From assembly GCA_025351455.1 (NCBI GenBank), contig JANXVW010000264.1, forward strand, positions 1 to 49,326: a DNA stretch of 49,326 bases, written 5' to 3'. Positions 38,865-47,089 of this stretch are shown in pieces (positions within the stretch are counted from its first letter, which is position 1; the number at the start of each line of letters is the position of its first letter). The notes under the pieces are model-generated. The model ran no database searches. It saw nothing but the letters and a program-made list of their open reading frames with translations, and was not told the DNA's origin. The position numbers and the translations under genes are program-made. The DNA comes from Betaproteobacteria bacterium (GTDB taxonomy: Bacteria; Pseudomonadota; Gammaproteobacteria; Burkholderiales; JACQAP01).

Positions 38865-39181
38865 TAACCGGGAAAAGAAAAAAAGCGTCTGCTGGGATTC
38901 GCGGCATCGTCGCGACCTGCTTGCCCGCCTCCCCATTCAATCCTGCATCGCTGCCCGTGCAGCCGTGCCGAGGGTAAGGCGTTATCCCCCGAACGCAGCG
39001 CAACTGCATGGCACTATTTGACGCGGCGTGCCACCTCGTGCGGCCATACGCTGCACGTCCATGGAAAACACGGGACAGGATTTTGGCCGGCCGAACGGCC
39101 GGCGGCGATCATGCGGCACATTGCCGCGTCATGATCTTGCTGCTGACCAAGCCGGCTGCTAGGCGCTTCTCCGGGGGATTT

Positions 39182-40297
39182 TCATGGCTGTCCCGGCGGG
39201 AGCATCGGGATCGAGACGGATACCGTCGTACCGCGGCCGGGCACACCGTGGATGCTTACCTCGCCGTCAAAAAGCTGCGCGCGTTCCTGCATGCCCAGCA
39301 GGCCCAGCGATTCGCGGCCGAGAATCTGACTATCCGTTATTCCGATGCCGTCGTCGACCACCGCGAGCTTGAGAACATCCGCGGCAATGCTCAGGTTCAC
39401 CTCGACGCTGTTCGCCTTTGCATGGCGCGCGATGTTCGTCAGGATTTCCTGGAATATCCGGAATACGGCCGTCGATAATTCCCTGTCCAGCTCCACCTGT
39501 TCCTGCGGAAGCTTGAGCCGGCAACGCATTCCCATGCGCTTCTGGAATTCATTCGCCTGCCAGCGGAAGGCCGCCACCAGGCCCATGTCGTCGAGAATTT
39601 CCGGCCTCAGGCCGGTCGAAATCCTGCGGATGAGGTGCATCGTCGAGTTGATGAGCTGGCTCATGGCTTCGGCCTTCTCCACGAGCTGCTCCTCGGTTCC
39701 GGCGAGGCGTTTAGCCAGCCAAGTCACGTCCATCTTGAGACCCGTCAGCACCTGGCCCAATTCGTCGTGGATTTCGCGCGCAATCCGGGCGCGCTCTTCT
39801 TCGCGGATTGAAATCAGGCGCGCGGCCAGCGCCCGCAACTGCACTTCCGACTCCCGCAATTGCTCTTCCGCGACTGTCCTTTCCTTGATTTCGTTGGTCA
39901 GCGCGGCGTTCTTCTTGTGCAAATCGACGAATACGGACACTTTCGATCGCAATACCTCCGGCACGAACGGCTTGGTCAGGTAATCCACCGCCCCGACTTC
40001 GTAGCCGCGAAATGCGGATTCCATTTCCATCGATACGCCGGTCAGGAAGATGATTGGCGTGTAGCGGGAGCGCTCGCGCGAGCGGATCAGCCTGGCGGTT
40101 TCGAAGCCGTCGATTCCCGGCATCCGAACGTCGAGGAGAATCACTGCAAGGTCGTGCTCGAGCACCATGCGCAGTGCCTCTTCGCCGGACTGCGCGCGCA
40201 GCAGGTTCTGTCCGAGTGGCTGCAGCAATGCCTCGAGCGCCAGCAGATTCCTGGGTTCGTCGTCGACCATGAGAATGTCGGCTTTCCAGTTCTCCAT
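39182..40297 (-). CDS. Hybrid receiver domain + HisKA_3 histidine kinase (no sensor domain)
   Basis: 'ILMVDD...ILLDVRMPG...YLTKP'; 'EERARIAREIHDELGQ'; 'FRIFQEILTNIARHA'; 'DDGIG'; 'LGLLGMQER'. Confidence 0.88.
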   Translation of the reverse strand: MENWKADILMVDDEPRNLLALEALLQPLGQNLLRAQSGEEALRMVLEHDLAVILLDVRMPGIDGFETARLIRSRERSRYTPIIFLTGVSMEMESAFRGYEVGAVDYLTKPFVPEVLRSKVSVFVDLHKKNAALTNEIKERTVAEEQLRESEVQLRALAARLISIREEERARIAREIHDELGQVLTGLKMDVTWLAKRLAGTEEQLVEKAEAMSQLINSTMHLIRRISTGLRPEILDDMGLVAAFRWQANEFQKRMGMRCRLKLPQEQVELDRELSTAVFRIFQEILTNIARHAKANSVEVNLSIAADVLKLAVVDDGIGITDSQILGRESLGLLGMQERAQLFDGEVSIHGVPGRGTTVSVSIPMLPPGQP

Positions 40298-40410
40298 GCG
40301 CGTCCCGCGTTGTGGTTGGTCGATTCGTCCGCACCCTCGCCCGACTGCCGGACTTCCGGACTTCCGCGAAAGATACCCTGTCTGCGCAGTCTGTGCGCCT
40401 GGAACAAACA

Positions 40411-40440
40411 AAAAAAAGGACCCACGCTCGGGTCCTTTTT
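40411..40440. terminator. Intrinsic (bidirectional) terminator
   Basis: AAAAAAAGGACCC-ACGCTC-GGGTCCTTTTT downstream of the 40514-41059 gene. Confidence 0.8.
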
Positions 40441-40513
40441 AATTTCGTTGGAAGGATGGTCAGTGCATCGCTATGCGGCGTGATCTGCTTTCACCTTCCC
40501 GAGTACCGCATGG

Positions 40514-41059
40514 TTACGAAGGGGATTGCGCACCCGTGCATCCGCTCGCAGTATTGCGCGTCCCCGTGAACTGGGTGGTACCCGTGCAAGTGAACGTGGA
40601 AGGGGCATCCCCAACGTAACTCCAGTTCGAGGTGCCCGAAAAACCGTTGCAATCCGACGCGACGGTGGAAGTGAGCGAATTGATTGTCGTGATTCCGCCC
40701 CGCTCCGGGAAACTGCCCGACCAGCTGGCCGCGTCTCCCTTGATCGTCCCTTGAAAGGTCGTCGGCGTGGCAGTGTTGGTCCGCTCCCCTGATACAGTGA
40801 GGGCATTGCCGGTCTGCGTGATCGTCACCGGATAGGTCGCCAGCGCATTGCCGGGCGGCATACATTCCGGAGCGGGCGACGTTATTCCTGTTTCGGTAAT
40901 CGTCCACACACCGGCAATGTTGCCAATCGGCGCCGGCGTTGCTGCGGGCGCTGCCGGTGCCGCATCACCTCCGCCTCCACCGCATCCAGCCACAACAGCA
41001 GCCAGCGATACTGCAATCAACCAACTCAGAGGCCTGAAAACATTTCCGAAGCTATTCAT
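40514..41059 (-). CDS. Hypothetical Thr-rich lipoprotein
   Basis: Lipobox 'VAGC-GGGGG', Ala/Pro linker, beta-rich Cys-containing domain. RBS AGGAG before ATG 41059. Confidence 0.7.
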   Translation of the reverse strand: MNSFGNVFRPLSWLIAVSLAAVVAGCGGGGGDAAPAAPAATPAPIGNIAGVWTITETGITSPAPECMPPGNALATYPVTITQTGNALTVSGERTNTATPTTFQGTIKGDAASWSGSFPERGGITTINSLTSTVASDCNGFSGTSNWSYVGDAPSTFTCTGTTQFTGTRNTASGCTGAQSPS

Positions 41060-41166
41060 AAAATTTCTCCTGGTCATGGGATGCCGAAAGACATCGTTAT
41101 GCGGCTGATTCGTTACTGCCGCCAGAGTCTGCGCACGGCACCGAGGTTTTGGCCCCGAGCGTCGTA
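41060..41166 (-). other. Conserved structured 5' leader, copy B
   Basis: Hairpins GCGGC...GCCGC and GAUGUC-UUUC-GGCAUC, then CCAUGACCAGGAG; homologous to copies A and C. Confidence 0.55.
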
Positions 41167-41172
41167 ACGATG

Positions 41173-41215
41173 ACTATCCGGATCTGTCGCGCACCTTTCT
41201 GTGCGGTCGCGCACA
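41173..41215 (-). promoter_or_regulatory. Putative class II CRP/FNR-type promoter, copy B
   Basis: Perfect palindrome TGTGCG-GTCG-CGCACA (41200-41215), 29.5 bp from a minus-strand GATAGT (41178-41173). Confidence 0.7.
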
Positions 41216-41270
41216 TAATGTGAAAAGAAAAGTTCGATAGCGTACTTAGCCGTTCATCATCGACGCGTTA

Positions 41271-41286
41271 TGTTCGCTGTCGCACA
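41271..41286. promoter_or_regulatory. Additional upstream palindromic site
   Basis: TGTTCG-CTGT-CGCACA followed by TAAC as in copy A; centre is 71 bp from the copy B site. Confidence 0.5.
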
Positions 41287-41421
41287 TAACCCGGATGCTC
41301 GGTCTCTTTGTTACGCAGAGATGACTGAACATCTTGCTCACCTATCCCGACGTTTCGTATGACAGACGCAGCATTGGGCGAGCGTGCAGAGAGCACGCGG
41401 CCGGGAGGACGCAGTCCCGTC

Positions 41422-41457
41422 TCTCTATATATCTTTGGCTGTCTCTATATATCTTTG
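41422..41457. repeat. Direct repeat, 16 bp unit, 20 bp period
   Basis: TCTCTATATATCTTTG at 41422-41437 and 41442-41457. Confidence 0.85.
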
Positions 41458-41800
41458 ATTGGGGCACACATCGGTCAAAGCATGCGGCAAAAAATGATGC
41501 TCGAGCTGAAGCCCGATCCCCAAAAGTTGTACCGACATCTCAAGCGCATATTCGGTCACCGAGGCGCGATGCCTTCGTGCACTGGCGCACAGACGCGGAA
41601 AGAATTCGGTGGCGTTTTGGGTACAAAGACAAGTGGACCCGAACGTGACGCGACGATTTGAGTGGCAGGGCTTCCCGAATGAATAACGCGGGAATACGGG
41701 TAGCGATCTAGCTGGTGTCGCCTTCTCCAACCGCCAACGCAGGTTGGGAAGACGCGAATAAGCAATACGACACCGTAGATTCAGCAGAAAAGCAGGCTCT

Positions 41801-41840
41801 AAAATAAAAAAAGGACCCGGTCCGGGTCCTTTTTATTTTT
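41801..41840. terminator. Intrinsic (bidirectional) terminator
   Basis: AAAATAAAAAAAGGACCCGG-T-CCGGGTCCTTTTTATTTTT downstream of the ice-binding gene. Confidence 0.85.
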
Positions 41841-41892
41841 GCGAGTTCAGGTTTTCCGGATCGGCGTTCAGCCTGTCCGGTTACCCTTGCTG

Positions 41893-42735
41893 TTACGGTC
41901 CGACGGCGTTTTGGTCAAGACTGACCGCTGTGCCTGCGAACAGTCTGCCGTTTATGGTTGCGCCAGTTTGCATCCCGATCGATGTTTGAGACAGGATGGT
42001 CCCCTTGAATTTCGAGGTCGTGTTGAGGCTCGCGGCAGCGAAGGTCGCCCAGTAAATGTTCTGCGGCAAGGCGCCGCCGGCGAGGATGATCTGCACGCCG
42101 GGACTAACCGTGAGGCCTTGCGCGATCTGAAAGATCCAGACATCGTTGGGGCCGCCTGTAAGCGTGAGATTCGACGCGATGAGAACGCCGGAGCTCCATT
42201 TGTAAGTAGCAGGGGCGAGATTGAGGCCGCTGATATTGCCGGCTCCAAGTTCCGTGTAGTCGGGTGCCCGACTGTTGGCATCGGTGTACGCGGTTCCGGC
42301 GTCGTTTACCGCGGTGGTCAACGCCGAAGAATCAATAAACGAACATGCCGCAATATTAGCGCCGCCAGCTGTTGCTACGTGTATCGGCGTCGCCGATGAT
42401 CCCGTCACTTCCGGACAAGTCAAGCCAGTGACAAAAGTACCCGCTGCTGGGGACAAACCTACTTCACCGGTAATAGCTGAAGTCGGAACATCTGAAACTG
42501 CCGATTGCGCCAAAATTCTGAAATTGGCGGCCGACCCCATGATAACGGGTGCGGGACCCCGGCCCGCGCCGCCTACGCCTGTACCTTGACCAGGAGCATT
42601 CCCCGCTCTTGAGGAGGGAAACCCATTCCCGCCCCCACTCCCACTACCACTACTACCACACCCAGCTACGGCAACGGACAATAGCAATGCGGGAATCAAC
42701 GGCATTAGCTTCGATAAGCTTCCGAATCTATTCAT
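41893..42735 (-). CDS. Ice-binding family (DUF3494) lipoprotein
   Basis: Lipobox 'VAGC' + Gly/Ser linker; 'FRILAQSAV...ITGEVGLSP', 'LGAGNISGLNLAPATYKW', 'VWIFQI', 'NIYW', 'GRLFAGTAVSLD'. Confidence 0.9.
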   Translation of the reverse strand: MNRFGSLSKLMPLIPALLLSVAVAGCGSSGSGSGGGNGFPSSRAGNAPGQGTGVGGAGRGPAPVIMGSAANFRILAQSAVSDVPTSAITGEVGLSPAAGTFVTGLTCPEVTGSSATPIHVATAGGANIAACSFIDSSALTTAVNDAGTAYTDANSRAPDYTELGAGNISGLNLAPATYKWSSGVLIASNLTLTGGPNDVWIFQIAQGLTVSPGVQIILAGGALPQNIYWATFAAASLNTTSKFKGTILSQTSIGMQTGATINGRLFAGTAVSLDQNAVGP

Positions 42736-42836
42736 AGGTCACTCCTGATCATGGAATCCCGAAGGTCTCGGTGTGCGCCCAGGAAATTCCGGCCGCGGAT
42801 CCCTACGTGCGGTGCCAGGGCGGCACCGTGCATATG
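42736..42836 (-). other. Conserved structured 5' leader, copy C
   Basis: CGGUGCC/GGCACCG hairpin, a middle hairpin, a cUUCGg hairpin, then CCAUGAUCAGGAG. Confidence 0.6.
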
Positions 42837-42842
42837 CTGGAG

Positions 42843-42885
42843 ACTATCACACTTCAGGGGGAGCCAGTCGGTACGCTAGCGCAAA
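42843..42885 (-). promoter_or_regulatory. Putative class II CRP/FNR-type promoter, copy C
   Basis: GGTACG-CTAG-CGCAAA (42870-42885), 29.5 bp from a minus-strand GATAGT (42848-42843). Confidence 0.6.
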
Positions 42886-43118
42886 TCAGACTGAGACAAA
42901 CGCTGGAATACCCGCCAGGTCCGCCCAGTCGCACGGTGATTATCTGGATTAAATGCGATCAGCATGTTATTCATTTATCCCGTAATTTCAAAAAATACGA
43001 TTCGCAATTTGATCCAAAAGGAGGCGTCCTACAAATCGATTTTCGACTTGTTGACTTCTTGCATCGCACAAGCCATAAACGTGAAACGAATCAGCTTCCA
43101 GGCCCCTCCAAAAAAAAC

Positions 43119-44936
43119 ATGAACGAATCGCGAATCCTCTATTCCATCGTCCCGACCAACCCCGAAGCCCACTTGTTCGAAGTCCGCTGCACCGTCGACA
43201 ATCCGGATCCACGGGGCCAAACGTTCTCCTTGCCGACGTGGATTCCGGGCAGCTACCTGATCCGTGAATTCGCCAAGCACGTCGTGCGCATCCGCGCGCA
43301 CAGCGGCCGCAAGCTGCTGAGGCTGGTGAAACCGGACAAAAACACCTGGCAGGTCGAGCCGTTCGAAGGGCCTGTGACTCTGACGATGGAGGTCTACGCC
43401 TGGGATCTGTCAGTGCGTGGCGCGCATCTCGATACGACACACGCCTTCTTCAACGGTCCCGCCGTCTTTCTGCAAGTCGAAGGACGCGTGGACGAGCCGG
43501 TCGAAGTCGAGATCCTGCCGCCCAAAGGCGCGAAATACCGGAACTGGGGCGTGGCCACGGCGATGCGGCGCAAAGGCGCCAGGCCCTATCTGTTCGGCAC
43601 CTATGAAGCGGCGGACTACGACGAACTGATCGACCATCCGGTCGAGATGGGCACGTTCGAGCTGGCGACGTTCAGGGCCGGCGGCGTGCAGCACGACATC
43701 GCGATCACCGGCCGGCATCGCGCCGACATGCGGCGGCTCACGAAAGACCTGAAGACGCTATGCGAAACCCAGATCGCATTCTTCGGCACTCCCGCGCCGA
43801 TGGATCGTTACGTATTCCTGGTGACCGCGGTCGGTGACGGCTACGGCGGCCTGGAGCATCGCGCTTCGACGGCGCTGATCTGCGCGCGCAATGATTTGCC
43901 GCATGAAGGCATGGACAAGCCGAGCGGCGGCTATCGCACGTTTCTCGGCCTGGCCAGCCACGAGTATTTCCACACCTGGAACGTCAAGCGCATCAAGCCC
44001 GCCGCTTTTACCCCTTACGACCTCGATCGCGAGAATTACACGACGCTGTTGTGGGCCTTCGAGGGCTTCACCTCTTATTACGATGATCTGCTGCTCGTGC
44101 GTTCCGGGCTCATGCCGCGCGGCACTTACCTCGAAACCCTGGGCCGCAATATCACCACGCTTCTGCGCACCAGCGGCCGCAAGAAGCAGACGGTCGCGGA
44201 GTCGAGCTTCGATGCGTGGATCAAGTACTACCGCTCGGATGAAAACATGCCGAATGCCGGCGTCAGCTATTACGGCAAAGGCAGCCTGATCGGGTTGAGC
44301 CTCGACCTGATGATCCGCAACCAGACCGGCGGACGAAAATCGCTGGACGACGTGATGCGCGCATTGTGGAAACGCTACGGCATGACAGGAATCGGCGTCC
44401 CGGAAGATGGCATCGAAAAGATCGCCGAACAGGTGACCGGCGTGAAGCTCAAGCGCTTCTTCGACCAGGCGGTGCGCTCTACCGCAGACCTGCCGCTGCA
44501 GAAATTGCTGGATACGGTCGGCGTCGATATGGTGCTGAGGCCGGCGCGCTCAGGCGTGGATCGCCGTGAACGCAAGCCGACCCGCGCGGAACTCGCGGCC
44601 GATCGCGGTGTGGCGCTCGGCATTCGCACCGGCAGCGAAGGCGGGAACGTGCGCATCACGCACGTACTCGATGGCGGAACCGCCCAGCAGGCCGGGCTGT
44701 CTTCCGGCGACGTCGTCATTGCCATGGATGGACTGCGCGTCACGCTGGACAACTTCGAAACCCAGTTGTCGCGTTACAAGGCCGGCCAGATCATTACGCT
44801 GCACACGTTCCGTCGCGATGAACTCCATGTCGTGAACGTGACGTTGGCCGCCGCCAGGCCGGATGCCTGGTCGCTAACTGTCAACGACGATCCCGCCGGG
44901 GCCCGCAATCGCAAGCGCTGGCTTCATACGGATTAG
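43119..44936 (+). CDS. M61 glycyl aminopeptidase with C-terminal PDZ domain
   Basis: 'LPTWIPGSYLIREFA', 'GGLEHRAST', 'HEYFHTWNVKRIKP', 'EGFTSYY'; PDZ 'AQQAGLSSGD'. Start reassigned to ATG 43119. Confidence 0.93.
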   Translation: MNESRILYSIVPTNPEAHLFEVRCTVDNPDPRGQTFSLPTWIPGSYLIREFAKHVVRIRAHSGRKLLRLVKPDKNTWQVEPFEGPVTLTMEVYAWDLSVRGAHLDTTHAFFNGPAVFLQVEGRVDEPVEVEILPPKGAKYRNWGVATAMRRKGARPYLFGTYEAADYDELIDHPVEMGTFELATFRAGGVQHDIAITGRHRADMRRLTKDLKTLCETQIAFFGTPAPMDRYVFLVTAVGDGYGGLEHRASTALICARNDLPHEGMDKPSGGYRTFLGLASHEYFHTWNVKRIKPAAFTPYDLDRENYTTLLWAFEGFTSYYDDLLLVRSGLMPRGTYLETLGRNITTLLRTSGRKKQTVAESSFDAWIKYYRSDENMPNAGVSYYGKGSLIGLSLDLMIRNQTGGRKSLDDVMRALWKRYGMTGIGVPEDGIEKIAEQVTGVKLKRFFDQAVRSTADLPLQKLLDTVGVDMVLRPARSGVDRRERKPTRAELAADRGVALGIRTGSEGGNVRITHVLDGGTAQQAGLSSGDVVIAMDGLRVTLDNFETQLSRYKAGQIITLHTFRRDELHVVNVTLAAARPDAWSLTVNDDPAGARNRKRWLHTD

Positions 44937-44991
44937 GGCTTTCCACCCAATACAGATACCCTACGCGCGAAGCAAGTCGGAGTACCCTTTT

Positions 44992-45216
44992 AGGCACAGA
45001 GGGCACGGAGGACACGGAGAAGGGCAATGAAAGTGACGAACGGTATCAGTGGAAGGAAATATTGTGGCTGTAGCTATACTCACAATTGAAGCTAACCGTT
45101 GAGTCAGACATTTTCCAATTGTCCGTTAATATTCCACGGCTGCCTCAACCTCCGCCTATCGATCGTCCAGCATCTTTCCTTTGTTTTTCTCCGTATCCTC
45201 CGTGTCCTCTGTGCCT
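44992..45216. repeat. 30-bp inverted repeat with 9-nt internal periodicity, flanking a 165-bp AT-richer spacer
   Basis: AGGCACAGAGGGCACGGAGGACACGGAGAA (44992-45021) vs TTCTCCGTATCCTCCGTGTCCTCTGTGCCT (45187-45216); 28/30 complementary. Confidence 0.85.
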
Positions 45217-45234
45217 CCGTGTCGGGTGGAGGTA

Positions 45235-45957
45235 TTAAAGGACTATTTCGGAGCGAAGGCGCGCGATGGTGGGCAGGAGGTTGAGGCCGGTGCGGGACTT
45301 GAGTTTTTGGGCGGCGGAGCGCAGGTCGTCAAGCGCGCGGCGAATCGGTGCGCCAATCTTTGCAATCACGACGGTATTGGCGTCGCACGGCGGCAATGCC
45401 ACTACGCGATCGTCGAAGGCTTTGCGGATGGGATCGGCATTCGGTTTGTTCCGCGCACGGCTGAGCATGTTGGTCACCATCATGCCGCCGCCGGCAAGCC
45501 GCGCCCGGCACATGCGGTAAAACGGTGAAGTGTGCAGCCTGCCCGCGCTGCCATGGGCATCGAAGCCATCGACCAGGATGAGATCGAACCGGCGGCGCGT
45601 CGTTGCCATGTACTTGTACCCGTCCCCGATTTCGATATGCAGGCGCGCCGATTCTTCCGGTAATTCAAAAAACTGCCATGCGTTCAGGACCACCTCCGGA
45701 TCGATCTCCACCACGTCGAGTTTTGCTTTCGGGAAGTAGCGATGCAGAAAGCGTGTGATCGACGCCGCGCCGAGCCCGACCTGCAGCACGCTGCGCGGCC
45801 ATTCCTGACTCCGCGGCAAGAGCAACGGCACCATCATTTCGCGGGTGTAGTCGAGTTCGAGCGCCCAGGTGCGCGAGAGCCGCATCGCGCCCTGGATCCA
45901 ATGCGGATCGAACTGCAAATAACGCACACCGCGTTCTTCGTTGATACGGATGGGCAT
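45235..45957 (-). CDS. Spermidine-synthase-like SAM-dependent methyltransferase
   Basis: 'WIQGAMRL...LELDYTREMM', 'LQVGLGAAS', 'VVEIDPEV', 'DLILVDGFD'. Confidence 0.85.
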   Translation of the reverse strand: MPIRINEERGVRYLQFDPHWIQGAMRLSRTWALELDYTREMMVPLLLPRSQEWPRSVLQVGLGAASITRFLHRYFPKAKLDVVEIDPEVVLNAWQFFELPEESARLHIEIGDGYKYMATTRRRFDLILVDGFDAHGSAGRLHTSPFYRMCRARLAGGGMMVTNMLSRARNKPNADPIRKAFDDRVVALPPCDANTVVIAKIGAPIRRALDDLRSAAQKLKSRTGLNLLPTIARLRSEIVL

Positions 45958-46163
45958 GTGGGTGGCGGAATTAGAAAGGGCGGAATACTACCTAATACTT
46001 GCAACCATTACACCCGCACGGTTGGGTGTAGACAGGTATTTGATGAGGCTGCTGGCAGATGCCGATGCAGGCCCGGTAGCGAAGGCGGCGAAAAGGATAT
46101 AAATTGAACGCAGTACAGCCCTGTCATCGCCCAAGGTCGCCTCACAAAAAAAGGAAGCGCGTC

Positions 46164-47063
46164 ATGGACACTTTCACCCCGCTGAGCGAACCGCTGCTGC
46201 AACTCGAATTCGATACCTGGCGGCCCGCCCTCCAGCCGGATTTGAGCGCGCGATTCGCGCTCGCGCTGGAAAAGGGAAAAGTCCTGTGCCTCACGCAACT
46301 GCCCTTCCTGCTTGCCCCAAAGGAGCAGGAATTCCTTTCGCCCGAATGGCTCAGCGGCAAGCGCAAGAACATCAGTCTCGAAGGCAAAGGCGTGCGCGGT
46401 TTCAGCGGACCCCCCGACGCGGTGCTCCGCATGCACGCCATGATCAAGCGTTACTCGGAACAGGCCGTCGGTTTGGTGACGCGTCTGTTTCCCGGCTACA
46501 CGGATCACATGAGGGTGGCGCGGGCGAGTTTCCGGCCCGGCGTTGTGGGGGAGTCGAAGACTTCCTGGAGAAAAGACGATTCGAGGCTGCACGTCGATGC
46601 GTTTCCGTCGCGACCGAATCGGGGCGAGCGCATTCTTCGCGTCTTCACCAACGTCAACCACCAGGGCATTCCCCGCGTCTGGCGCGTGGGCCAACCGTTC
46701 GAAAGCGCGGCCGGTCACTTTCTGCCCGACATTGCGCGGCCGTTGCCGGGCTCTGCGAAGCTGCTGCATGCATTGAAAATCACCAAGAGCGAGCGTAGCG
46801 AATACGACCACATCATGCTGCATCTGCATGACCGCATGAAGGCCGACGCGGATTACCAGAAGAACGCGCCCCAGCAGGAAATCCGCATCCAGCCCGGCAC
46901 GACCTGGATCTGTTTTTCAGACCAGGTCCTGCATGCAGCGATGTCCGGCCAGTACATGTTCGAACAGACCCTTCACCTGCCGGTCGCCGCGCAATATCAC
47001 CCGGAGTGGTCGCCCCTGCGGGTGCTCGAAAAGCTGCGCGCCACTCGTCTCACGGCCGGCTAG
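46164..47063 (+). CDS. kdoO: Kdo hydroxylase family protein
   Basis: 'SWRKDDSRLHVDAFPSRPNRGERILRVFTNVN', 'RSEYDHIMLHLHDRMK', 'CFSDQVLHAAMSGQYMFEQT'. Confidence 0.85.
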   Translation: MDTFTPLSEPLLQLEFDTWRPALQPDLSARFALALEKGKVLCLTQLPFLLAPKEQEFLSPEWLSGKRKNISLEGKGVRGFSGPPDAVLRMHAMIKRYSEQAVGLVTRLFPGYTDHMRVARASFRPGVVGESKTSWRKDDSRLHVDAFPSRPNRGERILRVFTNVNHQGIPRVWRVGQPFESAAGHFLPDIARPLPGSAKLLHALKITKSERSEYDHIMLHLHDRMKADADYQKNAPQQEIRIQPGTTWICFSDQVLHAAMSGQYMFEQTLHLPVAAQYHPEWSPLRVLEKLRATRLTAG

Positions 47064-47089
47064 TCTGCGTCGATCTCCAATCAACGCCT

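Noticed and set aside
40392-40406. TGTGCG-CCT-GGAACA upstream of the hybrid kinase
   Set aside because: Spacer is one base short of the 16-bp motif and there is no GATAGT at the expected distance.
41359-41730. Small ORFs in the intergenic region
   Set aside because: No clear RBS or motifs; they overlap the direct repeat and palindromic sites.
42771-43118. N-terminal extension of the M61 peptidase ORF
   Set aside because: Overlaps promoter/leader copy C on the other strand; family similarity starts near ATG 43119.
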